Of a DNA stretch of 32,732 bases, positions 19,541 to 30,534 are shown in pieces; position 1 is the stretch's first letter; the number at the start of each line of letters is the position of its first letter. Below the pieces are notes generated by a model. That model was not told where the DNA came from. It searched no databases and saw only the letters and a program-made list of their open reading frames with translations. The stretch is from Proteobacteria bacterium UBA7420 (GTDB lineage Bacteria; Pseudomonadota; Gammaproteobacteria; Magnimaribacterales; D2472), in NCBI GenBank assembly GCA_002469975.1, contig DKMG01000007.1, positions 1-32,732 on the forward strand. The letters are read 5' to 3'. Both the position numbers and the translations under genes were made by a program.

Positions 19541-20937
19541 AATAGATCGGGGATAGTGCCGTTAATAGCTGTTAATGCAGCCATCATTGGGCTCATTAAA
19601 TGAGTTCTTCCTAAATTACCTTGTCTCCCCTCAAAATTTCTATTAGAGGTAGAGGCACATCTTTCATAAGGCTGTAACTGATCTGGATTCATGCCTAAAC
19701 ACATTGAACAGCCAGGATCTCGCCATAAAAAACCTGCGTCTTCAAAAATCTTATCGAGACCTTCAGCTTCTGCCTGAGCTTTCACCATGCCTGAACCCGG
19801 CACCACAATAGCTTCAGTAATTTTAGCAGAGACTCGCTGGCCTTGAATGGCTGCAGCGGCTGATCTCAAATCCTCAATTCTGGAATTAGTACATGAGCCA
19901 ATAAACACACGGTTAAAGCTGAGATCTTGAAGTTTTTCAGCGCCCTCAAGACCCATATAAGCTTTAGCTAGTTTAAAATTTTCTAATTCTTCTGCTGATA
20001 CATTTAATTCAACCGGAATCTTTTCATCAAAATCAATAGTCATTTCAGGCGAAGTGCCCCATGTAACCTGCGGCTTAATCACTCCCACATCAATGCTAAT
20101 CGTTTTATCAAAAATGGAGTGCTCATCTGATCTTAGCGTTTTCCAAAAATTTTGAGCAAGTTCAAATTGTTCGCTAGAGAGCTGGCTATGGGCTTTAACG
20201 TAATCACAAGTAATTTGATCAACGCCAACCAAGCCAACTTTTGCACCAGCTTCAATAGCCATATTGCAGATGGTCATTCTTGATTCCATGGAGGCAGAGT
20301 CAATATATGAGCCAGAGAACTCTATTGCATGATTAGTTCCCCCGGCTGTGCCAATCAATTTAATCAAATGAAGAACGATATCTTTTGAGGTCACACCAGC
20401 TTGAAGTTGACCTTCAAAGATCACTTGCATATTTTTTAATTTAGAGATTTTTAAACACTGAGTGGCTAGCACATGCTCAACCTCTGAAGTGCCAATGCCC
20501 ATGGCCAAGCAACCAAATGCTCCATGCGTTGAAGTGTGTGAGTCGCCGCATACAATTGTCATTCCAGGAAGAGTAAAACCTAGCTCGGGGCCCATAACAT
20601 GAACGATACCTTGTTCTTGAGATTCAATATCAAATTGCTGAATATTAAATTCATGGCAATTTTTGTCCAGCTCAACCACTTGAATTTTTGATACTTCATC
20701 CGCAATGGAATCAGCAGTAAATGATTTACCTCTAATGGTGGGCACATTATGATCGGGGGTGGCTACATTTGCATTAAGCCTCCATGGAGCCAACTTTTTA
20801 TGCCTCAATCCCTCAAAAGCTTGTGGAGAAGTGACTTCATGGAGATAGTGTCGATCTATATAAATTAAAGCTTCGCCGGAATCAGAGGTATGAACCAAGT
20901 GTTCTTTCCAGAGCTTATCGTAGAGAGTATTGTTCAT
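19537..20937 (-). CDS. leuC: 3-isopropylmalate dehydratase large subunit
   Basis: [65 protein letters not shown]. Confidence 0.98.
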   Translation of the reverse strand: MNNTLYDKLWKEHLVHTSDSGEALIYIDRHYLHEVTSPQAFEGLRHKKLAPWRLNANVATPDHNVPTIRGKSFTADSIADEVSKIQVVELDKNCHEFNIQQFDIESQEQGIVHVMGPELGFTLPGMTIVCGDSHTSTHGAFGCLAMGIGTSEVEHVLATQCLKISKLKNMQVIFEGQLQAGVTSKDIVLHLIKLIGTAGGTNHAIEFSGSYIDSASMESRMTICNMAIEAGAKVGLVGVDQITCDYVKAHSQLSSEQFELAQNFWKTLRSDEHSIFDKTISIDVGVIKPQVTWGTSPEMTIDFDEKIPVELNVSAEELENFKLAKAYMGLEGAEKLQDLSFNRVFIGSCTNSRIEDLRSAAAAIQGQRVSAKITEAIVVPGSGMVKAQAEAEGLDKIFEDAGFLWRDPGCSMCLGMNPDQLQPYERCASTSNRNFEGRQGNLGRTHLMSPMMAALTAINGTIPDLL

Positions 20938-20938
20938 A

Positions 20939-22024
20939 TTATTTAGTAAAAGGCAGAGATTGCTCTACACCCCCACACTGACCTCGGTTTCTTAAGAAAT
21001 GATCCATAATGACTAAATTGGACATGGCTTCAGCTATTGGCACTGCTCTTAGACCAACGCAGGGGTCGTGCCTACCAGTGACCTCAATGGCGACCTCCTC
21101 ACCACTTGAGTTAATGCTTTGTCCTTTAGCTTTAATGCTAGAGGTCGGCTTAATTAAAAACTCAATATTGATTAAATCTCCATTAGAAATGCCACCTAAG
21201 ATGCCACCAGCGTTATTGGAAACAAAACCATCAGAACGAATCTCATCTCTAATTTCTGACCCCTTTAGATCCAAAATATCATCTACATTTCCAATAGAAA
21301 CAGATTTGACTGCATTGATGCTCATAATAGCTTTGGCTAAATCAGCGTCTAGCTTATCAAACACTGGCTCTCCAAGACCCACTGGACAATTCTCAATACG
21401 CACCCCTAACTTAGCGCCAACTGAATTGCCTTCTTGAATAAGGGCAGAAAACATATCATCTAGAAGTGTAATTTTTTGAGCATCAGCAAAAAAATATTTA
21501 TTTGCCTTTGCATCCTGAGGATTAATTAAATCAGCTTTAATGGAGCCAATCTGACTGACAAAGCCTGTGGTATAGATGCCCACTGAGTTTAAAAATTTTT
21601 TTGCTATAGCTCCTGCTGCAACCCTCATTGCTGTCTCTCTGGCACTGGAGCGACCCCCCCCTCTGTAGTCCCTGTGGCCATATTTTGCTTGATAAGTAAT
21701 ATCAGCATGATTCGGTCGAAACGTATTTTTAAGATTTGAATAATCCTCAGATCTTTGATCCTCGTTATGAATAATCAAGCCAATAGGAGTTCCTGTGGTC
21801 TTACCCTCAAATACTCCAGATAAAATCTTAACCTGATCACTTTCTTTGCGTTGCGTTGTGACATCAGATTGCCCAGGCTTTCTTCGATCTAATTCAATTT
21901 GAATATCTAGTTCCGTCAATTCTATTTGAGGTGGACATCCATCAATAATGCATCCAAGAGCTTTGCCATGGCTTTCACCAAAAGTAGTAACTTTAAAAAA
22001 TGTTCCGAATGTATTGCCTGACAT
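20939..22024 (-). CDS. aroC: chorismate synthase
   Basis: [53 protein letters not shown]. Confidence 0.98.
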   Translation of the reverse strand: MSGNTFGTFFKVTTFGESHGKALGCIIDGCPPQIELTELDIQIELDRRKPGQSDVTTQRKESDQVKILSGVFEGKTTGTPIGLIIHNEDQRSEDYSNLKNTFRPNHADITYQAKYGHRDYRGGGRSSARETAMRVAAGAIAKKFLNSVGIYTTGFVSQIGSIKADLINPQDAKANKYFFADAQKITLLDDMFSALIQEGNSVGAKLGVRIENCPVGLGEPVFDKLDADLAKAIMSINAVKSVSIGNVDDILDLKGSEIRDEIRSDGFVSNNAGGILGGISNGDLINIEFLIKPTSSIKAKGQSINSSGEEVAIEVTGRHDPCVGLRAVPIAEAMSNLVIMDHFLRNRGQCGGVEQSLPFTK

Positions 22025-22059
22025 AGACGAAATTATAGACTATAAAATAGCATCCATCT

Positions 22060-22749
22060 TTACCTAATCGCTGATAATCCGCCATCTACAGAGATAGTTT
22101 GCCCTGTAATCCAATTCTCTTTTGCAGACAATAAACTATATATAACCCTAGCCAATGCTTTTGGGTCACCAATAGCATTAAGGGGGTGTCTTTCTTCTGA
22201 GGCCTTGATTCGTTTCTCATCACTTAAGAGATTGGCAGCCAGAGGGGTATTGGTTAGAGATGGGGCTATACAATTAACAGCGACCCTGGGCGCCAATTCA
22301 GCTGCAAGACTCCTTGAAAATCCTTCTAGAGCTCCCTTGGATGCAGCAATTGAAGTGTGAAATGTCATGCCTGTATTGGCTGCAACAGAAGAAATAAAAA
22401 CAACCGATGCTCCATCATTCTTTTTTAGATTTGGAAGTACTTTTTTTACAACATTAAAGGCTCCCTCAAAATTAATTTTCATATCTGCTTGGATTTCACT
22501 GAGCTCCATTCGCTGAATGGATTTTAGGGAAATGGAGCCTGGGCAGTACAACAAGGCATCAATAGATTCTGGTAAAGCATCTAGCTGGGATAAATCATCA
22601 TTAGGATCTAATTGATAGAAACTGACATCTTCGATTTCTAGATTCGATCGAGAGGTGACTATGGGGTGATCGCCTGCAGCTTTAATTAATGCTATGACTT
22701 CCTGACCAATCAAAGAACTACCACCAATAACTAAAATATTTTTTTTCAT
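22060..22749 (-). CDS. atypical short-chain dehydrogenase/reductase lacking the catalytic Tyr (start 22749 or 22758)
   Basis: IGGSSLIG, YCPGSI in place of NNAG, HTSIAASK in place of YxxxK, SLAAELAP..VNCIAPS, WITGQ..VDGG. Confidence 0.88.
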   Translation of the reverse strand: MKKNILVIGGSSLIGQEVIALIKAAGDHPIVTSRSNLEIEDVSFYQLDPNDDLSQLDALPESIDALLYCPGSISLKSIQRMELSEIQADMKINFEGAFNVVKKVLPNLKKNDGASVVFISSVAANTGMTFHTSIAASKGALEGFSRSLAAELAPRVAVNCIAPSLTNTPLAANLLSDEKRIKASEERHPLNAIGDPKALARVIYSLLSAKENWITGQTISVDGGLSAIR

Positions 22750-22792
22750 ATTGATCATTTTTTTCTGAATAAAGCTAATACAATAATAAATT

Positions 22793-24799
22793 GTGATGAT
22801 TCAAATAAATTCAACCCTAGTCAACAACTTAACTGTATTAGGTTTGGTATTTTTGCTCAATGCGTGTGTCAGTACCAATAATACCGCACGCTCAAACTCC
22901 AGTGACTATGATGTCCAAATTCATAGAGATTTTTGGGGCATCCCTCATATTAAAGGTAAAACAGATATTGATGTGGCCTTTGGCATTGGTCTGTCACATG
23001 CTGAGGATGCATATGATGATTTAACTGAGCTTATGCCTCTCTACAGAGGCAATAATGCCGTGGCCAATGGTTTAAAGAATATTGAGACTGATTACCTGGT
23101 CAGACTTTTAAAGGTTCACACCAAAGTCAATGAGGTCGCTAAAAAACAGTTATCACCTCAGATACTAGCTATGGCTAAAGCCTATGCAGATGGAATCAAT
23201 GAATTTGCATTTAATAATCCTGGTAAGGCTAATTTAGCTCTGCATCCTATTATCGCTGAGGATGTGATTGCAGGCTCTTATATTCAACATTTATTCTTTG
23301 CTGGCCTAGATAGAGATCTTGCTCAGATTAGCCGCATTGAAAGCAACTCAATTCCTACTGGCTCCAACGCCATAGCTATTAATGGCTCAAAAACTATCTC
23401 TGATTCTTCTTTTTTATTGATCAATTCTCATCAGCCGCTGGCAGGCCCAGTGGGATGGTATGAGTTAAATGTAGAAAGTGAGACGGGGTGGAAGGCGCAT
23501 GGCGGAAATTTTCCTGGATCATTTTTAATTAACGTTGGATTTAATGCCAGTGTTGGATGGGGCGCAACAGTAAATAGGCCTGACGTGCTAGACATATTTC
23601 AATTAACAGTGAATCCAGCTAACGAAAATGAATATTTGCTTGATAATGAATGGGTGCCCTTCGAGATAGAAGAAGACTACCTAGAATTTAAGATACTTGG
23701 TTTCTTGAAACTAAAGACAAAGCAAAAGTTTAGATATTCTCAATTTGGACCCGTGTTAGAGATAAATAAACAATTTTTTGCTCTCAAACATTCAACAGAA
23801 AATTCATTTCGTGAAATTGAGGGCTGGTATCAACTCAGCAGAACTAACAATGTATTTGAATTTGAGCAAGTGTTAGCTCAGAGAAAAATTCCTAGCTTTA
23901 ATTTTGTAGTTATGGACTCTATGCAAAATATTGGTTATTTTTACAATGGAAGGATTCCCCATAGAGCTGATGCTAAGTTAGCCAAAAATATTATTAGTGC
24001 CTCAACCTTAAAGCATGCCTGGTCTGATAAAAAATTAGTGTCTGATCTACCAGTCTTTATTAACCCAGCCAATGGTTGGATTCAGAGCACTAATCAAAAT
24101 CCTTATGCGGTCATGGGAAGTTATTCCCTTGAATACAAAGCTCCTAAAAAACATGTTGCATATGAGCAACGATTAACAAATCGATCTCATGTTGCAAATG
24201 AGCTTTTAGATTCATTGGAACCAATAGATCTTAATCAGTTTATTGAGATAAAGTTTAATAATTCTTATTCCAAAAATTCCAGACAGTTTTTATTTCTAAG
24301 TTCAATTGCAAGCAATGATCCTGCAATACAAAATTTAATAACGAAGTGGGACAGAAGCACTGATCAAAATAATGAATATGCAGGACTCGGCGTCTGTTTG
24401 ATGGCTCAAGAGTGGATCTCGGAAATGAACTCTCAGTCCACTCCAAGTTATCAAACAGTCAAGGCGTCTTGTGATGATCTCTTTAAAACAATTGGTCGGG
24501 CGCCTAGCGAAAGGTGGGCCGCCATGAATACAATTAGTCGTAGAGATAGGTCCTATGGTATGCAAGGCTCCGTAGATACTCTGCGAGCAGTTTACGGGAC
24601 TCCCAATAAAGAAACCAAAAGCCTAGATATGTCTGGAGGCGATGGCCTTTTTTATATCATGGCAGAACAAAAGGATGGCAGAACAATTTACGGAATGCAT
24701 AATTTTGGTGCATCCAGAAATCCTGAATCAGTCCATTACTCAGATCAAGTCTTCCTATTCAGTAAAGAAGCTTTGCGGTATGTGCCTGAAAACCTCTAA
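22793..24799 (+). CDS. penicillin/cephalosporin/AHL acylase family Ntn-hydrolase, probable lipoprotein
   Basis: Lipobox LNA-C25, [21 protein letters not shown]|SN autocleavage nucleophile Ser191 (codon at 23363), [31 protein letters not shown]. Confidence 0.9.
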   Translation: MMIQINSTLVNNLTVLGLVFLLNACVSTNNTARSNSSDYDVQIHRDFWGIPHIKGKTDIDVAFGIGLSHAEDAYDDLTELMPLYRGNNAVANGLKNIETDYLVRLLKVHTKVNEVAKKQLSPQILAMAKAYADGINEFAFNNPGKANLALHPIIAEDVIAGSYIQHLFFAGLDRDLAQISRIESNSIPTGSNAIAINGSKTISDSSFLLINSHQPLAGPVGWYELNVESETGWKAHGGNFPGSFLINVGFNASVGWGATVNRPDVLDIFQLTVNPANENEYLLDNEWVPFEIEEDYLEFKILGFLKLKTKQKFRYSQFGPVLEINKQFFALKHSTENSFREIEGWYQLSRTNNVFEFEQVLAQRKIPSFNFVVMDSMQNIGYFYNGRIPHRADAKLAKNIISASTLKHAWSDKKLVSDLPVFINPANGWIQSTNQNPYAVMGSYSLEYKAPKKHVAYEQRLTNRSHVANELLDSLEPIDLNQFIEIKFNNSYSKNSRQFLFLSSIASNDPAIQNLITKWDRSTDQNNEYAGLGVCLMAQEWISEMNSQSTPSYQTVKASCDDLFKTIGRAPSERWAAMNTISRRDRSYGMQGSVDTLRAVYGTPNKETKSLDMSGGDGLFYIMAEQKDGRTIYGMHNFGASRNPESVHYSDQVFLFSKEALRYVPENL

Positions 24800-26256
24800 A
24801 AAGAATTTGTGTCTACGGCAAGCATTGCCTGAAAATCTAAAACACTCATAGCCTCTAGAGATTGTTGGTCTAAGCATTTAACAAGAATGCTTTCAGCAGT
24901 TGACTCATCAAAGCTCTTGAGTAGATTAGTTTTAAATTTTTGCTCTAAGACTGGTATGCCCTCTTCTCTTCTTCTTTTGTGCCCAATTGGGTACTCGACT
25001 TCTACAATATCTGTGGAAGAACCGTCATTAAAGAAAATTTGGATTCTATTAGCAATTGATCTTTTGTCGGCTTCAAGATATTCCTGTGTGTATCTTGCAT
25101 CTTCCTGGATAGTCATCTTTTCTCTCAATGCGTCAACTCTTGGGTCTGCTGCTACATCATCCTCATAATGCTCTGCAATCAAATCACCATGAATCAAACC
25201 TATGGCAATCATATATTGCAGACAGTGATCTCGATCTGCAGGATTATTTAAAGCCCCAGATTTAGAAATAATTCTAATAGCCGACTCATGGGTGGTGACT
25301 TCAATATTGGCAATATCGTCAAGTCTATCAATAATTTGAGGATGCAGGGTCACAGCAGCCTCAACAGCTGTTTGAGCATGAAATTCTGCAGGAAAACTAA
25401 TCTTAAACAGCACGTTCTCCATGACATAGGTTCCAAGGGGTTGGCTTAAAGCAAGTTTTTTTCCGCCAAATGATACATCTTCAAAACCCCAAGTGGGTGC
25501 AGACAGAGCCCCTGGATAACCCATTTCTCCAGATAATGTAATAAGCGCTAATCTCACTGCTCTGCTTGTTGCATCACCAGCTGCCCAGCTTTTTCTGGAG
25601 CCTGCATTAGGTGAGTGACGATATGTTCTTAGACTTTGGCCATCTACCCAGGCTTGACTGACTGCATCAACAATTTGGTTTGTCGTTCCACCAAGTAATT
25701 TTGTTACCACTGCTGTTGACGCAACTTTAACAAGAACAACGTGGTCTAAACCCACTCTATTAAAACTATTGGTAAGTGCTAAAACCCCTTGAATCTCATG
25801 AGCCATAATCATGCACTCTAAGACATCTCTCATGGTTAAAGGGTCTTTTCCAGATGCTACATTTTCTTGGGATACATAATCTGCTATGGATAAAATGGCA
25901 CCTAGGTTATCTGATGGATGCCCCCACTCAGCAGCTAGCCAAGTATCGTTATAGTCCAACCAACGAATAATACAGCCAATATCAAAAGCACCTTTAACTG
26001 GGTCTAATAAAAAATTAGTGCCAGGAACTCTCACGCCATGAGGAACAGTAGTGCCTGGAACAATGGGTCCAAGCATTTTTGTGCATGCTGGAAATGTTAG
26101 TGCTAAAAGTCCACATCCTATGGTATCTATCAAGCAGTTTCTTGCTGTAGACAAGGCTAGCTCTGAATTAACATCCTGAGTTGACACGTAATCTGCTATT
26201 TGGACAAGCAAAGAATCTGGATCAGGCCTTACATTTACCTCTACATTATTTGACAT
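24796..26256 (-). CDS. prpD: 2-methylcitrate dehydratase
   Basis: [74 protein letters not shown]. Confidence 0.97.
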   Translation of the reverse strand: MSNNVEVNVRPDPDSLLVQIADYVSTQDVNSELALSTARNCLIDTIGCGLLALTFPACTKMLGPIVPGTTVPHGVRVPGTNFLLDPVKGAFDIGCIIRWLDYNDTWLAAEWGHPSDNLGAILSIADYVSQENVASGKDPLTMRDVLECMIMAHEIQGVLALTNSFNRVGLDHVVLVKVASTAVVTKLLGGTTNQIVDAVSQAWVDGQSLRTYRHSPNAGSRKSWAAGDATSRAVRLALITLSGEMGYPGALSAPTWGFEDVSFGGKKLALSQPLGTYVMENVLFKISFPAEFHAQTAVEAAVTLHPQIIDRLDDIANIEVTTHESAIRIISKSGALNNPADRDHCLQYMIAIGLIHGDLIAEHYEDDVAADPRVDALREKMTIQEDARYTQEYLEADKRSIANRIQIFFNDGSSTDIVEVEYPIGHKRRREEGIPVLEQKFKTNLLKSFDESTAESILVKCLDQQSLEAMSVLDFQAMLAVDTNSF

Positions 26257-26259
26257 CTT

Positions 26260-27381
26260 TTACTCCCTATCTTCAAGATCTACCCAAACAGAGCTTTCAG
26301 GACCCGTGTAGTCTGCGCTTGGTCTAATAATTCTATTGTTGGCTCTCTGCTCCATGCAATGAGCAGTCCAGCCTGTCACACGAGACATCACAAAAATTGG
26401 AGTAAATAGCTTGGTAGGAATGCCAAGATAAAAATATGCAGATGCATGGAAAAAATCAGCATTTGGAAATAATTTTTTTTCATCCCACATCACCTTCTCT
26501 ACTTCCTCTGAGACTTGGTACAAAGAATCATCTCCATACACAAGGGACAGTTCTTTTGAGAACTCTTTAATAACAGCATTGCGAGGATCGCGCTCTGAAT
26601 ATATTGCATGACCAAAACCCATGATTTTGCCTTTATTAGCTAGCATATCTAATATCTTTTCTCTGGCCTCATCTCTAGTGGTCCAATTCTCAATCATCTC
26701 CATTGCGGCTTCATTAGCGCCTCCATGCAAGGGTCCCTTTAGAGATCCAATGGCCGCAACGACGCAAGAAAAAATATCAGACATAGTGGATGCACAGACT
26801 CTAGCTGTAAATGTTGATGCGTTGAATTCATGTTCAGCATAAAGGACCAGGGATGCATCCATCACTCTTCTATGCAAGTCTGATGGCGTTTTACCGTGAA
26901 GAATGTGCAAGAAATGGCCGGCCATGGTCTCCTCATCATTGATCAAGCTAATCTCCTCATTCTCATGAGTAAATTTATACCAATATGTGACAATCGATGG
27001 CATGGTCGCAACCATTCTATTAATTGAATGCATCTGATTGTCTATGGAATCTTCTGGCTCGAGGTTGCCTAACATGGAGCAACCCGTTGCCATGACTGCC
27101 ATCGGATGGGCTGAGCCAGGTATCTCTCTAAGAACTTTCTTCAAAGAGTCCGGAAGATCTCTTTGGCTTTTTAATAAGTTTTTATACTCAGCTAACTCTG
27201 ATGCGTTAGGTAACTTGCCATACAGCAAAAGATAAGCAACTTCTTCAAAGGTCCCCTTCTCAGCTAAAGTCTCAATTTTATGGCCTCGATAAGCTAACCC
27301 TTCTTCCTGCCCAACCGTACATAGAGAGGTTTCTCCTGCTACTTGCCCACGTAAACCCGCGCCTTCTAGTTTCTTTACCAT
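26260..27381 (-). CDS. prpC: 2-methylcitrate synthase
   Basis: AGLRGQVAG, YAEHEFNASTF, GPLHGGANE, IMGFGHA, FPNADFF, NNRIIRP. Start reassigned to 27381, just downstream of the prpB stop. Confidence 0.95.
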   Translation of the reverse strand: MVKKLEGAGLRGQVAGETSLCTVGQEEGLAYRGHKIETLAEKGTFEEVAYLLLYGKLPNASELAEYKNLLKSQRDLPDSLKKVLREIPGSAHPMAVMATGCSMLGNLEPEDSIDNQMHSINRMVATMPSIVTYWYKFTHENEEISLINDEETMAGHFLHILHGKTPSDLHRRVMDASLVLYAEHEFNASTFTARVCASTMSDIFSCVVAAIGSLKGPLHGGANEAAMEMIENWTTRDEAREKILDMLANKGKIMGFGHAIYSERDPRNAVIKEFSKELSLVYGDDSLYQVSEEVEKVMWDEKKLFPNADFFHASAYFYLGIPTKLFTPIFVMSRVTGWTAHCMEQRANNRIIRPSADYTGPESSVWVDLEDRE

Positions 27382-27382
27382 T

Positions 27383-28264
27383 TTACTTGTTCCCCTTTCT
27401 TGAAAATAATTCATCGAGTTTTTGCTCGAAAGAATGATAGTTTAAATATTCATACAGCTCATCGCGAGTTTGCATAAGTTCGATTGATTTTTTTTGAGTG
27501 CCATTGGCTGCAATGTCTTTATAAACAGACTCAGCAGCTTTATTCATAGCCCTAAATGCTGAAAGTGGAAATAGCATGATGTCAACGCCCGCAGTCGCTA
27601 GTTCCTCGGCTGTAAACAGTGGAGTTTGACCAAACTCAGTAATATTAGCCAAGACGGGAACCTTTAAAGCATCTTTGAGACTTCGGTAATCTTCAAGGCT
27701 ATTTACTGCCTCTAGAAATAATCCATCAGCTCCAGCTGCTATGTATTCTTCACAACGTTCAATCGCGCCGCTCATGCCCTCATTCGCAAAAGAATCTGTT
27801 CTTGCCATTATAAAAAAGCTCTCGTCCGTTCTGCCGTCTACAGCAGCTTTAATACGATCACTCATTTCAATTTTATCCACCAGGCTCTTGTTAGGCCTAT
27901 GGCCGCATCTCTTCTGTGCGACTTGGTCTTCAATGTGAACTGCAGCAACATCAGCCGCAATCATCTCTTTGATTGTCCTGGCAATGCTAAATGCACCACC
28001 AAAACCAGTATCAATATCAAGTAAAAGAGGTAGATCAGTTGTTTGAGTGATTCTTCTAGCATCTTCCACAACATCATTTAAGGTAGTAATGGCCAGATCA
28101 GGCAATCCAAAAGAAGCATTCGCAACACCAGCACCCGAGAGATATAGAGCTTTGTGACCGGCAGATTCCGCCATTTTTGCACAATATGCATTGACTGCAC
28201 CAACAACCAAAAGAGGATTGCTGTCAGCAATAGCCTGTCTAAATTTTTTGCCTGGGGTATTCAT
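27383..28264 (-). CDS. prpB: methylisocitrate lyase
   Basis: [33 protein letters not shown] signature, [17 protein letters not shown]. Confidence 0.97.
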   Translation of the reverse strand: MNTPGKKFRQAIADSNPLLVVGAVNAYCAKMAESAGHKALYLSGAGVANASFGLPDLAITTLNDVVEDARRITQTTDLPLLLDIDTGFGGAFSIARTIKEMIAADVAAVHIEDQVAQKRCGHRPNKSLVDKIEMSDRIKAAVDGRTDESFFIMARTDSFANEGMSGAIERCEEYIAAGADGLFLEAVNSLEDYRSLKDALKVPVLANITEFGQTPLFTAEELATAGVDIMLFPLSAFRAMNKAAESVYKDIAANGTQKKSIELMQTRDELYEYLNYHSFEQKLDELFSRKGNK

Positions 28265-28303
28265 TCGTGAGTATTGTACTTTGCAGAGGCAGTGTTTCCC
28301 AAA

Positions 28304-28966
28304 TTAATTATAGAATTTAATTCCTCTAATAATTCGATCTTTGTTGTTGGCTTGTCGCCATTTGTTAGTATCTCGAAGGCTGTAGACGCATCCACAATAC
28401 TCCTGCTGATAAAATTCTTCTCGCTTAGAAATCTCAATCATGCGAGCTGCGCCGCCCTTTTTTCGCCAATTAAAGTCCCAATATTGCACATCCTTATATC
28501 TGTCCGCTGCTTTATGACCAGAGTCATTGATTTGGTTCATGTCTTTCCAGCGAGAGATGCCTAGAGTTGTAGCGTAAACCTTAAAATTATTTTCTTGAGC
28601 GAATAAAGCGGATCTTTCAAATCTCATATCAAAACATTGTGTGCATCGGGCGCCTCGTTCCGGCTCATCCTCAAGACCCTTGATTCTTTCAAACCAATTA
28701 TCTTTATCATAATCAGCGTCAATAAAATTAAATCCTAACTTGTCGCAAAACCTCTTATTTTCATCCTTGCGAATCTCATACTCTTCTTGAGGATGAATGT
28801 TAGGGTTATAAAAAAATACTGTAGTTTTAATTTCTGAAATGGCAACAGCCTCCATAATCTCTCCCGCACAGGGAGCGCAGCAACTATGCAGCAGTAACTC
28901 CTTTTCTCCTCCAGGTAACTCAAGCTCTGGTCTTGAATAATTTTCTACAGAAAAAGGATTGCTCAT
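28304..28966 (-). CDS. queH: epoxyqueuosine reductase QueH (cobalamin-independent)
   Basis: [40 protein letters not shown]. Confidence 0.93.
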   Translation of the reverse strand: MSNPFSVENYSRPELELPGGEKELLLHSCCAPCAGEIMEAVAISEIKTTVFFYNPNIHPQEEYEIRKDENKRFCDKLGFNFIDADYDKDNWFERIKGLEDEPERGARCTQCFDMRFERSALFAQENNFKVYATTLGISRWKDMNQINDSGHKAADRYKDVQYWDFNWRKKGGAARMIEISKREEFYQQEYCGCVYSLRDTNKWRQANNKDRIIRGIKFYN

Positions 28967-29571
28967 GCGCGTGATTGATTTGCCATCAAGGCCACTTGAA
29001 GATCTTGATAGCTTTGAAAGCTCAGAATATCTGGAAAGGAGCTTGAAATACTTTCTGGTGCATTGATAAAAAAGCTGTGGTCTGCCACTTCGAACATTTG
29101 AGTGTCGTTATAGGAATCTCCTGCTGCCAAACACTTGTAACCCATGGCTTGAAAACCAAGGATGGCTTGTTTTTTTGCCTGAGAATGCCTGAGTTTATAA
29201 CCAAGAATATTTCCTTCGCCATCAACATTAAGGGTATGGCATAAAAGCAATGGATGGCCCATTTTCTCCATCAAAGGGAAGGCAAATTCATGAAAAGTAT
29301 CAGACAAGATCACGACTTGAAAGTGCTTTCTAATTTCTTGAAGAAAATCTAAGGCACCTTCAAGTAGGTCTAATTTTTTTGCAGCAACCAAGACATCTGC
29401 CAGTTTAAGATTATGCTTCTTCATAATTCCAAGACGATAATCCATTAAATCAGCATAAGATGGTATGTCTCTAGTTGTTTTATTTAGCTCATCTAAGCCC
29501 GTATCAAGGGCAACTTGCTCCCATATCTCTGGAGTGAGAGTGCCTTCCATGTCAAAACAAACAATATCCAT
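28963..29571 (-). CDS. thrH: bifunctional phosphoserine phosphatase / homoserine phosphotransferase (HAD)
   Basis: [11 protein letters not shown] (DxE variant), [31 protein letters not shown]. Start reassigned to 29571. Confidence 0.92.
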   Translation of the reverse strand: MDIVCFDMEGTLTPEIWEQVALDTGLDELNKTTRDIPSYADLMDYRLGIMKKHNLKLADVLVAAKKLDLLEGALDFLQEIRKHFQVVILSDTFHEFAFPLMEKMGHPLLLCHTLNVDGEGNILGYKLRHSQAKKQAILGFQAMGYKCLAAGDSYNDTQMFEVADHSFFINAPESISSSFPDILSFQSYQDLQVALMANQSRA

Positions 29572-29572
29572 G

Positions 29573-30466
29573 CTATTTCCTATTTTTAATTCCAAATGGT
29601 ACATGAGCTGAAGTAACTTTTGCAGACGCATCATCAATATTTTGCTGTTGGTCATCAAAGAAAATATCTGCTTTAAATGATTGTAGAAACTCTGCTTTAT
29701 TCATTCCTCCTAGGAAAAGAGATTCGTCAATTCGCACGCCCCATTTTCTTAAAGTTTTAATTACCCTCTTGTGGGAAGGCGCAGACCTTGCGGTAACCAA
29801 TGCAGTCCGTATAGGGCATTCATCTGAATTCAATTCAGATTGCAGTTTATTGAGCTCAACTAAGAATGATTTAAAGGGGCCGGCCTTTAGCATGGATTTC
29901 TTTTTGCGCTCATTGTCCATAAAAGCCTGCAAGCCTTCTGCTGCAAATATTTTTTCAGACTCATCAGAGAAAATGACTGAGTCCCCATCAAAAGCTATTC
30001 TTAGTAACTCATCAGATTTTTTAGATTTTTTAGCTTTAGACGGGATAATCCTGGCTGACGGCACACCATTTTCAATAGCCATTTGAACGTCACCTTTGCT
30101 GCTAGATAAAAACAAGTCAACCCCAAAGGCTTTAACATACTTGTATGGACTTTCTCCGCCACAAAAAACAGCTCGGCTAATTTTTAATTTGTGAGCTTCT
30201 ATCGAGTTAAAAACGCGAAGGCCAGTATCAGCTGTATTTCTAGATAGCAAAATAACCTCGACCCTATCTCCGTCATCGTAAAAATTATTAATTTTTAAGA
30301 TCTTGGTGACCAGATTAAATGCTTCACCAGGATCAAGGATCTGATCCTCGTTTTGTATTTGATATTCTCTATAAGCTTCAATGCCCTGTTTTTCAAAGAT
30401 TTGATGACTTTGATTTAAGTCAAAAAGTGCTCTCGAAGATATCCCAACAACCAATTTTGAATTCAT
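29573..30466 (-). CDS. 5'-nucleotidase (cN-I-like family)
   Basis: LVVGISSRALFDL, VEVILLSRN..DTGLRVFNSI, RIAFDGD.V.FSDESE, TALVTARSAP.H.R, IFFDDQ, AHVPFG. Confidence 0.9.
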   Translation of the reverse strand: MNSKLVVGISSRALFDLNQSHQIFEKQGIEAYREYQIQNEDQILDPGEAFNLVTKILKINNFYDDGDRVEVILLSRNTADTGLRVFNSIEAHKLKISRAVFCGGESPYKYVKAFGVDLFLSSSKGDVQMAIENGVPSARIIPSKAKKSKKSDELLRIAFDGDSVIFSDESEKIFAAEGLQAFMDNERKKKSMLKAGPFKSFLVELNKLQSELNSDECPIRTALVTARSAPSHKRVIKTLRKWGVRIDESLFLGGMNKAEFLQSFKADIFFDDQQQNIDDASAKVTSAHVPFGIKNRK

Positions 30467-30481
30467 ATTAAATAAGTAAAG

Positions 30482-30510
30482 TTGCCATTAAAGTTTAAAA
30501 TTCATATACT
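30482..30510 (+). promoter_or_regulatory. sigma70 promoter of lexA
   Basis: TTGCCA (30482-30487), 17 nt, TATACT (30505-30510), overlapping the SOS box. Confidence 0.75.
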
Positions 30511-30526
30511 GTAAAAATATACAGTA
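30507..30526. promoter_or_regulatory. LexA operator (SOS box), autoregulatory
   Basis: TACTGTAAAAATATACAGTA directly upstream of lexA. Confidence 0.95.
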
Positions 30527-30534
30527 TAAATATT

